Shown here piece after piece: positions 21,683 to 31,260 of a stretch of DNA of 64,000 nucleotides. The DNA lies in assembly GCA_049966155.1 (NCBI GenBank), contig JBMFVE010000001.1:223831-287830 (forward strand), written 5' to 3'. A program made the translations under genes and the position numbers. Numbering within the stretch: position 1 is the stretch's first letter; each line of letters opens with the position of its first letter. Origin of the DNA: Candidatus Kryptoniota bacterium. GTDB lineage: Bacteria; Bacteroidota; Ignavibacteria; Kryptoniales; JAKASW01. Under the pieces are notes generated by a model. The model made no database searches. It was not told where the DNA came from and saw nothing but the letters and a program-made list of their open reading frames with translations.

Positions 21683-22689
21683 GCTGCCATCTCAATAAGT
21701 TGCTTGAGTTTCTCTTCAGGAAGCCTGTTTGAAATTGTTAATCGTGCTACCGATATTCCAGAACCAATATCAGGAGCAATCCCGGCAACATAAATCGCCG
21801 CCCCTGCATTTAACAATACAGCATCATAAAATGCCGACTTCTTTCCACGAATTGCTGCAAGAAATGCTTCAACAGCTTCATCTTGATTGCGAACGATAAG
21901 GTCTTCTAACCTCACCCTGTTAAAACCAAAATCTTCAGGCTCAATTTTATATCTTAAAATTTTTCCGTTTTTTAGTTCTGCCACTTCCGTTGTTCCACAC
22001 AGAGAAATCTCATCCATGGTGGGCTCGCCGTGAACGACAAGTGCTGCTTCGCTGCCCAGCTCTTTCAAAACCAATGCTACAGTTTCAACCAGATCTCGAC
22101 TGTAAATTCCCATCAACTGCCTGTTTGCACCAGCAGGATTGGTCAGCGGACCAAGTAAATTAAAAACAGTTCTTACCCCTAAATCACGCCTTACAGGTGC
22201 AGCAAATCTCATAGATTTATGATGCAGGGGAGCATACAAAAAAGCTATCCCGATCTTTTCAAGACTGGCCTGAGTCTTTTCAATACTTAGTCCATCAATG
22301 TTCATTCCCAGAGCCTTTAAAACATCTGCACTTCCTGATTTGCTGGACACTGCACGGTTGCCGTGCTTTGCTACAACTACACCAGCAGAAGCTGCTACAA
22401 TTGCAGCGGCCGTAGATATATTGAACGTCCCTGATGAGTCCCCTCCGGTACCGCACGTATCCAGAATGATCTCTTTTTCAATTTTTAACCGATCCGCCTT
22501 CTCACGCATTGCCATAGCACTGCCGACTATCTCATCGACCGTCTCACCTTTCATTCTTAATGCAACGAGATATCCGGCAATTTGAGCTTCGGTAGCCTCT
22601 CCGCTCATAATTGAGAGCATGGTTCGATATGCCTCTTCTCGAGACAAACTTTCTCCTGAAACAAGTTTAGCTATACTTTCTTTTATCAT
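21679..22689 (-). CDS. trpD: Anthranilate phosphoribosyltransferase
   Basis: 336 aa with CGTGGDSSGTFNISTAAA and KHGNRAVSSKSGSADVLKALG. Confidence 0.9.
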   Translation of the reverse strand: MIKESIAKLVSGESLSREEAYRTMLSIMSGEATEAQIAGYLVALRMKGETVDEIVGSAMAMREKADRLKIEKEIILDTCGTGGDSSGTFNISTAAAIVAASAGVVVAKHGNRAVSSKSGSADVLKALGMNIDGLSIEKTQASLEKIGIAFLYAPLHHKSMRFAAPVRRDLGVRTVFNLLGPLTNPAGANRQLMGIYSRDLVETVALVLKELGSEAALVVHGEPTMDEISLCGTTEVAELKNGKILRYKIEPEDFGFNRVRLEDLIVRNQDEAVEAFLAAIRGKKSAFYDAVLLNAGAAIYVAGIAPDIGSGISVARLTISNRLPEEKLKQLIEMAA

Positions 22690-22692
22690 GGA

Positions 22693-24324
22693 TTAAATTG
22701 AAATTATTTTATGAACTGTTGCATATGCAGGAAGTTCTTTCGTCAGCTTATCAATAAAACCATCTCCATATTTATTATAAAAGTAAGAGAAGTTTATGAC
22801 ACGTTCCTGCAAATCACGATTAGGATAAACAAATTGTTGAAATTTCCTCACCTGTTGCAAAACCTGATCGTTTTTTCGTCTATAAGCAGCAGTCGTCTTT
22901 TCCTGCAAGTGCTGCAAATGGTAAAGCATTCGTGACACGGTTGAATCAAGAGTCCCTTTTAATGTCGGGTCTATTCGCGTGACTAAGGGATCAAGCGTGT
23001 GGACTCGGCGAGCAACTTCATCGGAAGCTCTGGCAAATTCCCCTGGAATGTCTTCTGCACTGACTGCTGCCAATGCCTTTTTCACAAGTTCGTCGAAATC
23101 GGCATAAGCATCTGGAAGGCTCAGTTGATACCTCTCCATTATCTTTTGAACACCATGCTCCAGAATTGTAGCGCTTGGCCTTGGGAAAATTGGTGGCATA
23201 TCAACTTCAAATAAATTATATACCCCTTTTAGCTGCGCAAAATAAGCAATCTCAGCAGGCCCGCCGACGTAAGCTGCTGTGGGAAATATGTAATCCTGGC
23301 ATATCGGCCGAAGAACAACATTTGGGCTGAACAGTTCGGGATTCGTCTCAATAAGGGTCCTCAGTTGCTCCCGCATAAGCTTTCGCTTTGTCCCGCGTAG
23401 TGAGAACGCATTCCCAACGGGCTCTATCGATCGCCGTTTACCGTTATCCAGATAGAAGAGATTTATTACTTTTGGTTTAACCTGAACGTGATAAGTTTCT
23501 TCCAGCTGGGCACTTGATTTAATAACCTCCTCACTGGCTCTTGGAAAGCTTGAGAGTTCTCGATCAAATATTTTTCCAAACATGTGCTTGGCTTCCACGT
23601 CCGTAGGGTCAAAAATCAAGAAAGGTATATTTTGTAAAAAGCGAGTAATTGTTTTCGAAAATGCAGACATGAAAGTCTCTCCGCTGGCATAAAACTCCGA
23701 CAGCATTTGAATAAGGCTTTGCTTGAAATCTGACTGTCTCAAAATAGCGTCGAGCTGTCCAATAACATCCTTAAATGCACCGTCAATTTTAACCTGACTC
23801 ATCGGGGTAAGATTCTCTGATTCGGGGTCAGATGTCATACCGCCAATCTTAACCACCTCTAAATTTGAATTAAATAAATGTACGTGATTGGTCTCATCTA
23901 AATCATGGTCATCCCCTTCCAACCAGAAAACCGGAACAAACTCAAACTCAGGAAATCTTTCTTTCAAATTACGAGAAAGATTGAATGCTCCTATTGTCTT
24001 ATAAATTGTGTAAAGAGGACCTGTAAATATCCCGACCTGCTGTCCGGTGACCACAGCGAGTGAATTCTCCATTGAAAGAGCTTCCAGTGCAGATTGATAT
24101 GCCAACGACTTATTCAATTTATCATTCTGCTTGCGAAGTAATTGGATTAAGCTTTTCCTTTTATCTCCATATCCAGCCAACACTTTTTCAAAATGAGCAT
24201 GAAGTTCTTTATCATCCCTATAATCTATCCTGTAAAAATTTTCCACGACTGGAAAATGAGTAATATAGTCCACCGAAAGCCGCGTCTGATGCGGAAGCTC
24301 TGCAAATGATAGTTCCATGGTCAT
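22693..24324 (-). CDS. bshC: Bacillithiol biosynthesis cysteine-adding enzyme BshC
   Basis: 543 aa. The segment [25 protein letters not shown]...[20 protein letters not shown] matches the conserved B. subtilis BshC/YllA core (GGQQAGLLTGPLYTIHK...FWVAGEDHDLDEIN), recalled from memory. The length also fits. Confidence 0.8.
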   Translation of the reverse strand: MTMELSFAELPHQTRLSVDYITHFPVVENFYRIDYRDDKELHAHFEKVLAGYGDKRKSLIQLLRKQNDKLNKSLAYQSALEALSMENSLAVVTGQQVGIFTGPLYTIYKTIGAFNLSRNLKERFPEFEFVPVFWLEGDDHDLDETNHVHLFNSNLEVVKIGGMTSDPESENLTPMSQVKIDGAFKDVIGQLDAILRQSDFKQSLIQMLSEFYASGETFMSAFSKTITRFLQNIPFLIFDPTDVEAKHMFGKIFDRELSSFPRASEEVIKSSAQLEETYHVQVKPKVINLFYLDNGKRRSIEPVGNAFSLRGTKRKLMREQLRTLIETNPELFSPNVVLRPICQDYIFPTAAYVGGPAEIAYFAQLKGVYNLFEVDMPPIFPRPSATILEHGVQKIMERYQLSLPDAYADFDELVKKALAAVSAEDIPGEFARASDEVARRVHTLDPLVTRIDPTLKGTLDSTVSRMLYHLQHLQEKTTAAYRRKNDQVLQQVRKFQQFVYPNRDLQERVINFSYFYNKYGDGFIDKLTKELPAYATVHKIISI

Positions 24325-25448
24325 GCCATTATTGAATTTTCGGTTTCGCTGTCAAAGAAATAAGCACGGCTGGTATCGAAGTACATTTTTAACTCAGTTC
24401 CAGGCTGTGGGTCGACCAGTTTTGTTACACGTGCAACCAGCTGTGTAGTCTGCAATGAAAAGTAGAGGTAAACCTCATTCCCCATCGGTTCAGAAATTTC
24501 CACCTTTAGATTTGCATATGATTTCAAATTGCCAGGATGGTCATCTCCCAAATAAATATGCTCTGGCCTTATGCCGAGATAAATTTGCTTATTATAAAAG
24601 TGGCCAATTTTTGATTCAAATGAAGAAGGCAATTCCAGATGAAGCCCCCCCTCTGCTTTCTGACCATTTGAGCCTTCAGAAAAATATATACCATCATCTT
24701 CCCTGCCAATGAAGCCTTCAAAAAAGTTCATTGCAGGACTGCCGATGAAACCCGCTACAAATTTATTTCGAGGGTTATTGTACAAATTCAATGGAGTATC
24801 AATTTGTTGTACAATACCGTTTCTCATTACAACTATCCGATCGCCCATGGTCATCCCTTCAACTTGATCATGTGTAACGTATATCATCGTTGCACCAAGC
24901 CGTTGATGCAGCTTGGAGATCTCCGCTCGCATTTGAACTCTCATCTTTGCATCAAGATTAGAAAGGGGTTCATCAAATAAGAAGACCTTCGGTTTTCGAA
25001 CAATTGCCCTCCCCAGCGCCACACGTTGACGCTGGCCTCCAGAAAGCGCTTTGGGCTTTCTGCTTAGATATTCACTTATTCCAAGAATTTGAGCTGCTTC
25101 CTTAACACGCATATCGATTTCACTTTTAGAAAATTTCCTCAGCCTCAATCCAAAAGCCATATTCTCGTAAACTGTCATATGGGGATAGAGTGCGTAGTTC
25201 TGAAAAACCATTGCAATGTCTCTATCCTTTGGCGGAACATTGTTCACAAGCTGATTGTCGATGTATAAATTCCCACTCGATATTTCTTCAAGGCCTGCTA
25301 TCATCCTCAGCGTGGTCGTTTTCCCGCATCCGGATGGACCTACCAGTACGACAAATTCTCTGTCCAGTATCTCAACGTTAACATCTTTAACAGCCACCAC
25401 ACCACCCTCATAAACTTTGGAAATATTTTCCAGCTTGACACCTGCCAT
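24321..25448 (-). CDS. Sugar-type ABC transporter ATP-binding protein (MalK/UgpC/MsmX-like)
   Basis: Walker [10 protein letters not shown], signature [14 protein letters not shown], Walker [13 protein letters not shown] and a MalK-type C-terminal domain. No permease or binding-protein gene is adjacent. Confidence 0.9.
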   Translation of the reverse strand: MAGVKLENISKVYEGGVVAVKDVNVEILDREFVVLVGPSGCGKTTTLRMIAGLEEISSGNLYIDNQLVNNVPPKDRDIAMVFQNYALYPHMTVYENMAFGLRLRKFSKSEIDMRVKEAAQILGISEYLSRKPKALSGGQRQRVALGRAIVRKPKVFLFDEPLSNLDAKMRVQMRAEISKLHQRLGATMIYVTHDQVEGMTMGDRIVVMRNGIVQQIDTPLNLYNNPRNKFVAGFIGSPAMNFFEGFIGREDDGIYFSEGSNGQKAEGGLHLELPSSFESKIGHFYNKQIYLGIRPEHIYLGDDHPGNLKSYANLKVEISEPMGNEVYLYFSLQTTQLVARVTKLVDPQPGTELKMYFDTSRAYFFDSETENSIMA

Positions 25449-25450
25449 GA

Positions 25451-26755
25451 TTAGCTCCTGACAATTAATTTTTCAAGTATGGTGAAGAATTCCGGGAAGG
25501 ATATGGATGCCCACTCAGCGTTTTTAACAATAGTCTTCCCTTTTGCACAAATACCGGCAATTGTAAAGGCCATTGCCATCCTGTGATCCTTATATGAGTC
25601 GACAATTGAACCAGACAATTCCCCCGTTCCCCTGACCACGAAACCATCATCGAGTTCTTCAACGTTAGCCCCCATTGACGCGAGATTATCTACGACAGCG
25701 ACAATTCGGTCGGACTCCTTCCTCCTCAAATCGTGGGCGTCTCTGACAACTGTTTCCCCTTCTGCAAATGCCCCAACAACAGCAATAATGGGAAGTTCAT
25801 CAATTACGCGAGGAATTATGTCTCCTTTAATCTCAATGCCATGTAACTCAGAATGTGAAACAGTAACATCCCCGATGGGTTCATTGGCAACTATCATTAC
25901 GTTTTCAATTACAACTTTTGCCCCCATTTTTTTAAGAACCTCAAGAAACCCTGTTCTCGTCGGATTCACCGTTATCGCACGGGCTGTAACCGATGAACCC
26001 GGCAAAATTGCAGCGGCCGAAAGGAAAAAAGCTGCTGACGAAATATCACCAGGAACAGTATACTTCATTGGTTTAATCTGATATTCGCTTTTTATCTTTA
26101 TTTGATACCCACCTGGAACCAATTCTTTTCTCAGACCCAACATTCTTTCAGTATGATCCCTGGATTCTACTGGTTCAACAATAACTGTTTCCCCCTCGGC
26201 AAAAAGGCCTGCAAACAACAGAGCCGATTTCACCTGGGCACTCGGCAGGGGAAGTTCGTATTTGATTCCTTTCAATCTATCAGATGGGAAAATCCTGATA
26301 GGTGCGGTCATATTGTAAGTGGGAACAATATTGGCACCCATTTGCAACAGCGGATCTACAATTCTCTGCATTGGCCTGCGTCTGAGGGTTTCATCACCTG
26401 TTATTACAGACTCAAACTTTTGTCCCGCAAGGACTCCTGTTAAAAGCCTCATCGTAGTCCCGCTGTTCCCGGCATCCAGTACCCCAACCGGCGGGGAGAA
26501 CCCACGCTTGTTTTTTCCAGTGACAACAACCCCTCTTCCTGAATCTCCTCCATCTGTCACCTTTTTAATCTGAACACCCAGGGCTTTCAAACAACCTTCC
26601 GTGCTCCTGACATCGTCACCTGTTGAAAGTCCGTATATCTCCGAATCACCGTCAGCCAACGATGCCAACAACAGCGCCCTATGAGATATTGACTTATCTC
26701 CAGGAACTGTGAAGGTACCCTGAATAGATGCTGCAGATTTTACCTCGTATTGCAT
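25451..26755 (-). CDS. aroA: 3-phosphoshikimate 1-carboxyvinyltransferase (EPSP synthase)
   Basis: Motifs are [15 protein letters not shown] and [14 protein letters not shown]. The track start at 26791 is TTG; I chose the ATG at 26755 (MQYEVKS...). Confidence 0.9.
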   Translation of the reverse strand: MQYEVKSAASIQGTFTVPGDKSISHRALLLASLADGDSEIYGLSTGDDVRSTEGCLKALGVQIKKVTDGGDSGRGVVVTGKNKRGFSPPVGVLDAGNSGTTMRLLTGVLAGQKFESVITGDETLRRRPMQRIVDPLLQMGANIVPTYNMTAPIRIFPSDRLKGIKYELPLPSAQVKSALLFAGLFAEGETVIVEPVESRDHTERMLGLRKELVPGGYQIKIKSEYQIKPMKYTVPGDISSAAFFLSAAAILPGSSVTARAITVNPTRTGFLEVLKKMGAKVVIENVMIVANEPIGDVTVSHSELHGIEIKGDIIPRVIDELPIIAVVGAFAEGETVVRDAHDLRRKESDRIVAVVDNLASMGANVEELDDGFVVRGTGELSGSIVDSYKDHRMAMAFTIAGICAKGKTIVKNAEWASISFPEFFTILEKLIVRS

Positions 26756-26968
26756 TTTAATCAATATAAATGCAAATGCGAGATTTTTCAATAATATCGC
26801 TGCAAGGCCAATGACGAGTGTAACTATCGACAGTTGTTCAATTAAATGAGTTCGGGCAGGTTTGCTTCAAAGCAAGCTTTATGGTGAAAATCCGCTACTT
26901 GTTATTGGGAAAAAGGGTACTTACAATTGGCTTGCAGATTGACTGACTGCAAGTGTTCGAAAATTTGC

Positions 26969-27952
26969 CTATTTCCAAATTTTCACATAAAATACTCCGG
27001 CCGACGTAGCAACACCTCTGAACATTCCGGAGGTATTGAAATCCATTGCATAATTCCCATTTCTGTCAACTGCAATGACTCCGCCATCACCTGGCTGCAG
27101 AACCTTGTGTATTACTTCATGCACCGCTTCTTTTAGCGACAAACCCTTATATGCCATCAAAGCCGATATGTTAAATGCAACTGCGTTCTTTATGAATTTC
27201 TCTCCCCAGCCCGTCCCGGATACAGCACAGGTTTGATTGCTGGCGTATGTACCGTCACCAATGAGAGGAGAATCACCTATTCGACCAGGCATTTTTCCTG
27301 TCATCCCACCAGTAGAAGTCCCGGCGGCAAGATCTCCGAACTGATCAAGAGCTACACACCCAACTGTGCCGTGAAAGTCTTTTTTTATTTTATTGATGTA
27401 CTGTTCCCACTCCTTTTTCCTCTGCGGTGTATCAAAATAGCTATTGGGCACAAGCTGAATGCCCATTTTTTTTGCAAACTCCTCAGCACCCTGATAAGCA
27501 AGAAGTACGTGAGGTGTCTTCTCCATAACCAGCCTTGCCAGAGATATTGGATGTGCAATGTGTTCAACTCCAGCAACCGCACCACAGGAAAGATCTCGTC
27601 CATCCATTATCGCTGCATCCAGCTCGTGATTACCGGCCGATGTGTAAACCGCTCCAATTCCCGCATTGAATTTCGGATCGTCTTCAAAATATCTTATTAC
27701 CTTCTCCACAGCTTCAAGGCTCTTCCCGCCATTTGCAAGCACGTCCCTCCCTATCTCCAAAGCATGCCTTAAAGATGATAAATATGCCTGTTTAACTGAA
27801 TCTGGGATTGATTCACTGATTGTCCCCGCACCCCCGTGTATTACTATCGTATATTTGCCGGACTTCTCCTGGCTATATGCATCATCCGATGCTACGGTAT
27901 AAAAGACGAAAAAAAGAATCAATGCAATAGCAAATGAAATTTTGATTCTCAT
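26969..27952 (-). CDS. Isoaspartyl peptidase / L-asparaginase (Ntn hydrolase, secreted)
   Basis: 327 aa with an N-terminal signal-like segment, HGGAGT and the autoprocessing site HGTVGCVALD. Confidence 0.85.
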   Translation of the reverse strand: MRIKISFAIALILFFVFYTVASDDAYSQEKSGKYTIVIHGGAGTISESIPDSVKQAYLSSLRHALEIGRDVLANGGKSLEAVEKVIRYFEDDPKFNAGIGAVYTSAGNHELDAAIMDGRDLSCGAVAGVEHIAHPISLARLVMEKTPHVLLAYQGAEEFAKKMGIQLVPNSYFDTPQRKKEWEQYINKIKKDFHGTVGCVALDQFGDLAAGTSTGGMTGKMPGRIGDSPLIGDGTYASNQTCAVSGTGWGEKFIKNAVAFNISALMAYKGLSLKEAVHEVIHKVLQPGDGGVIAVDRNGNYAMDFNTSGMFRGVATSAGVFYVKIWK

Positions 27953-29433
27953 TTTGCACCTCCATTACTTGTTACGGCACTTGATGTTAACAACTTGCTG
28001 TGCCAGCGCCCATAGGCAAAATATATAATAAGACCGATTGTCAGCCAGATAAGGAACCTGAACCATGTAATTGTCGGGAGACCCAGCATCAGGTAAAGAC
28101 AGGAAAGAATTCCAAGTATAGGTACGGCTGGGACCAATGGAGTTCTAAATCCTCGCCTGGCATGAGGCTCCTTTACACGCAGGATTAACACACCGGCACA
28201 TACCAGCACAAATGCAAATAGTGTACCTATGTTTGTTAACTCAGCAGCCTCACTAATGTTGGCAATTGCTGCAAAAAATGCAACGAATATCCCGGTCAAA
28301 ATTGTGGTGACGTAGGGAGTCCGGTATTTCGGATGAACTTTTGAAAAACTTGGAGGCAGCAATCCATCTCTTGACATCGAGAAAAATATCCGGGGCTGAC
28401 CCAATTGGAATACAAGCAGTACAGCTGTAGTTGCTATGACAGCGCCAAAAGCTACCACACCAGCAGCCCAGTTCAAATGAATAAGATGAAGTGCAAGCGC
28501 TAATGGCTCGGCAGTAGCTAACTTCGTATAAGGCACCAACCCAGTAAGTACAAGCGCTACAGCAATATACAAAACCGTAGAAATCAATAAAGAAGCTATC
28601 ATACCTATGGGAAGTGTTCTGGATGGATCCTTTGTTTCCTCTGCTGCTGTCGAAACAGCATCAAAACCAATATAAGCAAAAAAGACAATTGCAGCGCCAG
28701 TTTGAATTCCTTTCCAGCCGTTCGGGGCAAAGGGAATCCAATTTTGCGGCTTTACGAAGAATGCGCCAACTCCAATAAAAAAAAGGAGTATCAAAATTTT
28801 TATAGCAACCATTATGGAATTGAAACGAGCGCTTTCTTTGATGCCTATGACGAGAATATAAGTAATAAAGGCAACGATCAGAACTGCAAACAAATTGAAA
28901 ACAATTGGAATTCCAAATAGGTGCGGAGCATCATTAATGCGCCCAGGCTGCTCAAGTGTAGTCCGTATATCAGTCACAAGATACCATGGAATCTGAATTC
29001 CAAATCCGCTCAACAATTCTTTAAAATACCCCGCCCAGCTAATGGCTACGGCAATATTGCCGACAGCATATTCCAAGATCAAATCCCAGCCAATGATCCA
29101 TGCAATTAACTCGCCAAGTGAAGCATAAGAATATGTGTAAGCACTCCCTGCAATGGGAATCATAGATGCAATTTCAGCATAGCAAAGAGCAGCAAACCCA
29201 CAAGCAATTGCGGTCAGGATAAAAGATATAACAAGAGCCGGCCCGGCACCTGCATACTCCGAACTTCCAGCTGCAGCGGTTCCTGTCATTGCAAAAATCC
29301 CGGCACCAATTATTGCACCCACACCTAAAGTGGTTAAATCAAATGCATTTAAACTTCTCTTCAGTTTATATTCTGGTTTTTCGCTATCCGCTATAATGTC
29401 ATCAAGCTTCTTGGTACGAAAAAGGCCTGGCAA
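27949..29433 (-). CDS. APC-superfamily amino acid permease
   Basis: 494 aa with about 12-14 TM helices and a GVGAIIGAGIF motif near the N-terminus. TTG start. Confidence 0.85.
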   Translation of the reverse strand: MPGLFRTKKLDDIIADSEKPEYKLKRSLNAFDLTTLGVGAIIGAGIFAMTGTAAAGSSEYAGAGPALVISFILTAIACGFAALCYAEIASMIPIAGSAYTYSYASLGELIAWIIGWDLILEYAVGNIAVAISWAGYFKELLSGFGIQIPWYLVTDIRTTLEQPGRINDAPHLFGIPIVFNLFAVLIVAFITYILVIGIKESARFNSIMVAIKILILLFFIGVGAFFVKPQNWIPFAPNGWKGIQTGAAIVFFAYIGFDAVSTAAEETKDPSRTLPIGMIASLLISTVLYIAVALVLTGLVPYTKLATAEPLALALHLIHLNWAAGVVAFGAVIATTAVLLVFQLGQPRIFFSMSRDGLLPPSFSKVHPKYRTPYVTTILTGIFVAFFAAIANISEAAELTNIGTLFAFVLVCAGVLILRVKEPHARRGFRTPLVPAVPILGILSCLYLMLGLPTITWFRFLIWLTIGLIIYFAYGRWHSKLLTSSAVTSNGGAK

Positions 29434-29647
29434 GTTAACCTCACAAATTTTTTAACAATTTGCAATCTATTGACATCCTGTCAGAAATGCAATGAAATTC
29501 ACATCATGCTGAAATTGGTCATTGGCAGGCAGACTCAACAGCAACGGTTAAAAAAATTCCACGGGTTTCTCCATAGTCACAAACCCTGTCATTTCTTGCA
29601 CAATCATACGTTTTTTTAACTTTTAACTTGATTTTTATTTGCCATAT

Positions 29648-29663
29648 CCATACATTTGTATGG
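29648..29663 (+). promoter_or_regulatory. Perfect 7-2-7 palindrome CCATACA-TT-TGTATGG, a candidate LexA operator overlapping a predicted -7 promoter element
   Basis: Read directly from the sequence, 20 nt upstream of the lexA ATG. It contains TACATTTG (29651-29658), which matches the Bacteroidetes-type -7 consensus TAnnTTTG. A TTG lies at 29628-29630, 20 nt upstream. An AGGAG Shine-Dalgarno sits at 29671-29675. Confidence 0.45.
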
Positions 29664-29682
29664 TATTGATAGGAGAAATAAA

Positions 29683-30297
29683 ATGGCAGAGGTTACAAAA
29701 CGACAGCAAGAAATAATCAGTTTCATCAAGGAATTTACATATAGAAAAGGATATGCCCCGACTTTAAGGGAGATTGCCGATGCATTCCATGTGTCGGTTG
29801 GATCGGTTCAAGATGTAATAAATGCTCTGCTGAAAAAGAATTTAATTCAAAAAGACAAAAGGCTTTCAAGAGCAATTAGACTTGTTGAGAAAGATAATCG
29901 CATACCCCTTTACGCATCAGCGCGGGGCGGCACTCCACGAATTGTTGACGAAGAGCCCAGGGAGTATCTTGACCCTGAAACAATGCTTGGAATTAAACCG
30001 GGCGATAAAGCATTGCAAATAGTTGGTGACAGCATGATAGGAGCCGGCATAACCGACGGATCAATCGTCTTATTTAGACCTACAAAAGATGTACGTGATG
30101 GCGACATTGTGGTTACACGCATAGAAGATGGCGTTACCGTGAAGACGCTTGCACACCACGGAAAAAATATTTTACTCAAAGCTGAAAATTCCAACTACAA
30201 ACCCATAATACTCGAACCATCAGTAGACAACTTCGAAATTCTCGGGAAAGTGATATGTGTCATAAATCGATTTACTAAATTTAAAAAGCTAAAGTGA
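29683..30297 (+). CDS. lexA: LexA-family transcriptional repressor (wHTH + S24 autopeptidase)
   Basis: 204 aa from the ATG at 29683 (the track start at 29656 is TTG). The N-terminal LexA DNA-binding domain reads RQQEIISFIKEFTYRKGYAPTLREIADAFHVSVGSVQDVINALLKKNLI. The S24 domain has GDSM (Ser117) and VTVKTL (Lys154), spaced as in E. coli Ser119/Lys156. Confidence 0.85.
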   Translation: MAEVTKRQQEIISFIKEFTYRKGYAPTLREIADAFHVSVGSVQDVINALLKKNLIQKDKRLSRAIRLVEKDNRIPLYASARGGTPRIVDEEPREYLDPETMLGIKPGDKALQIVGDSMIGAGITDGSIVLFRPTKDVRDGDIVVTRIEDGVTVKTLAHHGKNILLKAENSNYKPIILEPSVDNFEILGKVICVINRFTKFKKLK

Positions 30298-30303
30298 CAG
30301 CGC

Positions 30304-31260
30304 ATGACACAGAGAAAACATATTACACCGTATTACGTAAAGGTTGGCACTGCCGGCTGGAATTATGATGATTGGGTTGGTGTGTTTTATCCGGAGAGTA
30401 ACAGGAAAAATTTCTCAAAACTAAAATTTTATTCGGAATTTTTTGACTGTGTAGAAGTTAACAGCACATACTACCGGCACTTACCTTATAAAATTGCAGA
30501 AAAATGGCTTAATGAGGTTGCCGGCAATCAAGAATTCGAATTTATTATAAAGCTTTTTAAAAATTTTACTCATGGTACACAGAAAACAAATTCTCAATTC
30601 TATAATGATAAAGAAGCAGTGAAAAATTTCCTGTATCCATTCATCGAAAGAAAAAAACTGGCGGGAATGTTAATACAATTTTCAGAATTCTTCTTGGCTA
30701 CCGATAAATCAAAATCGTACCTATCATTTCTTATGGAAGAATTTTCCGATGTCAGGACTTTCCTCGAACTGCGACATAATTCATGGTATAGGGATGATAA
30801 TATGGAATTTCTGAAAAGTCTTAACACAAATGTAGTAACTGTTGATCAACCTGCTTTAAAAAATATGGTTGGTTTTACAACGGAAGCTGCCGGCAAAGTG
30901 GGATATTTCCGCCTGCACGGCAGAAACTATGACAGGTGGATGGAGAGCCGAAAAGCACTTACAAATGGGATAACAATCGATGACTCACAGCGGAATGAGC
31001 GCTACAATTACCTTTACAGTAGTGAGGAAATTGACGAGATTGAAAAGAGGATACGCGCTATTAAGGAAAAATGCCAAGGCATATATGTGGTGCTAAATAA
31101 CCATCCTCTTGGTAAAGCAGCCGCAAATGCACTTGAACTATTAAAGCGCTTAAAGAACAGGGAAAAAATTAAAGTACCGTCGACAATTTTACGGTTTTTC
31201 CCAGAATTAAGAAAATTTGCCGACGAGGTTAATGTGAATCAAGATGACAGCCTGTTTTGA
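30304..31260 (+). CDS. DUF72 (YecE/UPF0759) family TIM-barrel protein
   Basis: 318 aa with the typical DUF72 N-terminus (VGTAGWNYDDWVGVFYPE...FDCVEVNSTYY). Starts 6 nt after the lexA stop. The C-terminus ends ...NQDDSLF. Confidence 0.85.
   Translation: MTQRKHITPYYVKVGTAGWNYDDWVGVFYPESNRKNFSKLKFYSEFFDCVEVNSTYYRHLPYKIAEKWLNEVAGNQEFEFIIKLFKNFTHGTQKTNSQFYNDKEAVKNFLYPFIERKKLAGMLIQFSEFFLATDKSKSYLSFLMEEFSDVRTFLELRHNSWYRDDNMEFLKSLNTNVVTVDQPALKNMVGFTTEAAGKVGYFRLHGRNYDRWMESRKALTNGITIDDSQRNERYNYLYSSEEIDEIEKRIRAIKEKCQGIYVVLNNHPLGKAAANALELLKRLKNREKIKVPSTILRFFPELRKFADEVNVNQDDSLF

Noticed and set aside
26931-26953. A hairpin CTTGCAG-N9-CTGCAAG, 15 nt downstream of the asparaginase stop, considered as an intrinsic terminator.
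   Set aside because: The stem is only 7 bp with a 9-nt loop. On the minus strand the T-run begins about 15 nt after the stem, so it does not fit a canonical rho-independent terminator.
29563-29586. A hairpin GGGTTT-N12-AAACCC in the divergent permease/lexA intergenic region, followed on the minus strand by GTGGAATTTTTTT.
   Set aside because: The stem is short (6 bp) with a large loop. As a minus-strand terminator it would sit upstream of the permease gene with nothing to terminate. It may be part of the permease 5' UTR, but that is unsupported.
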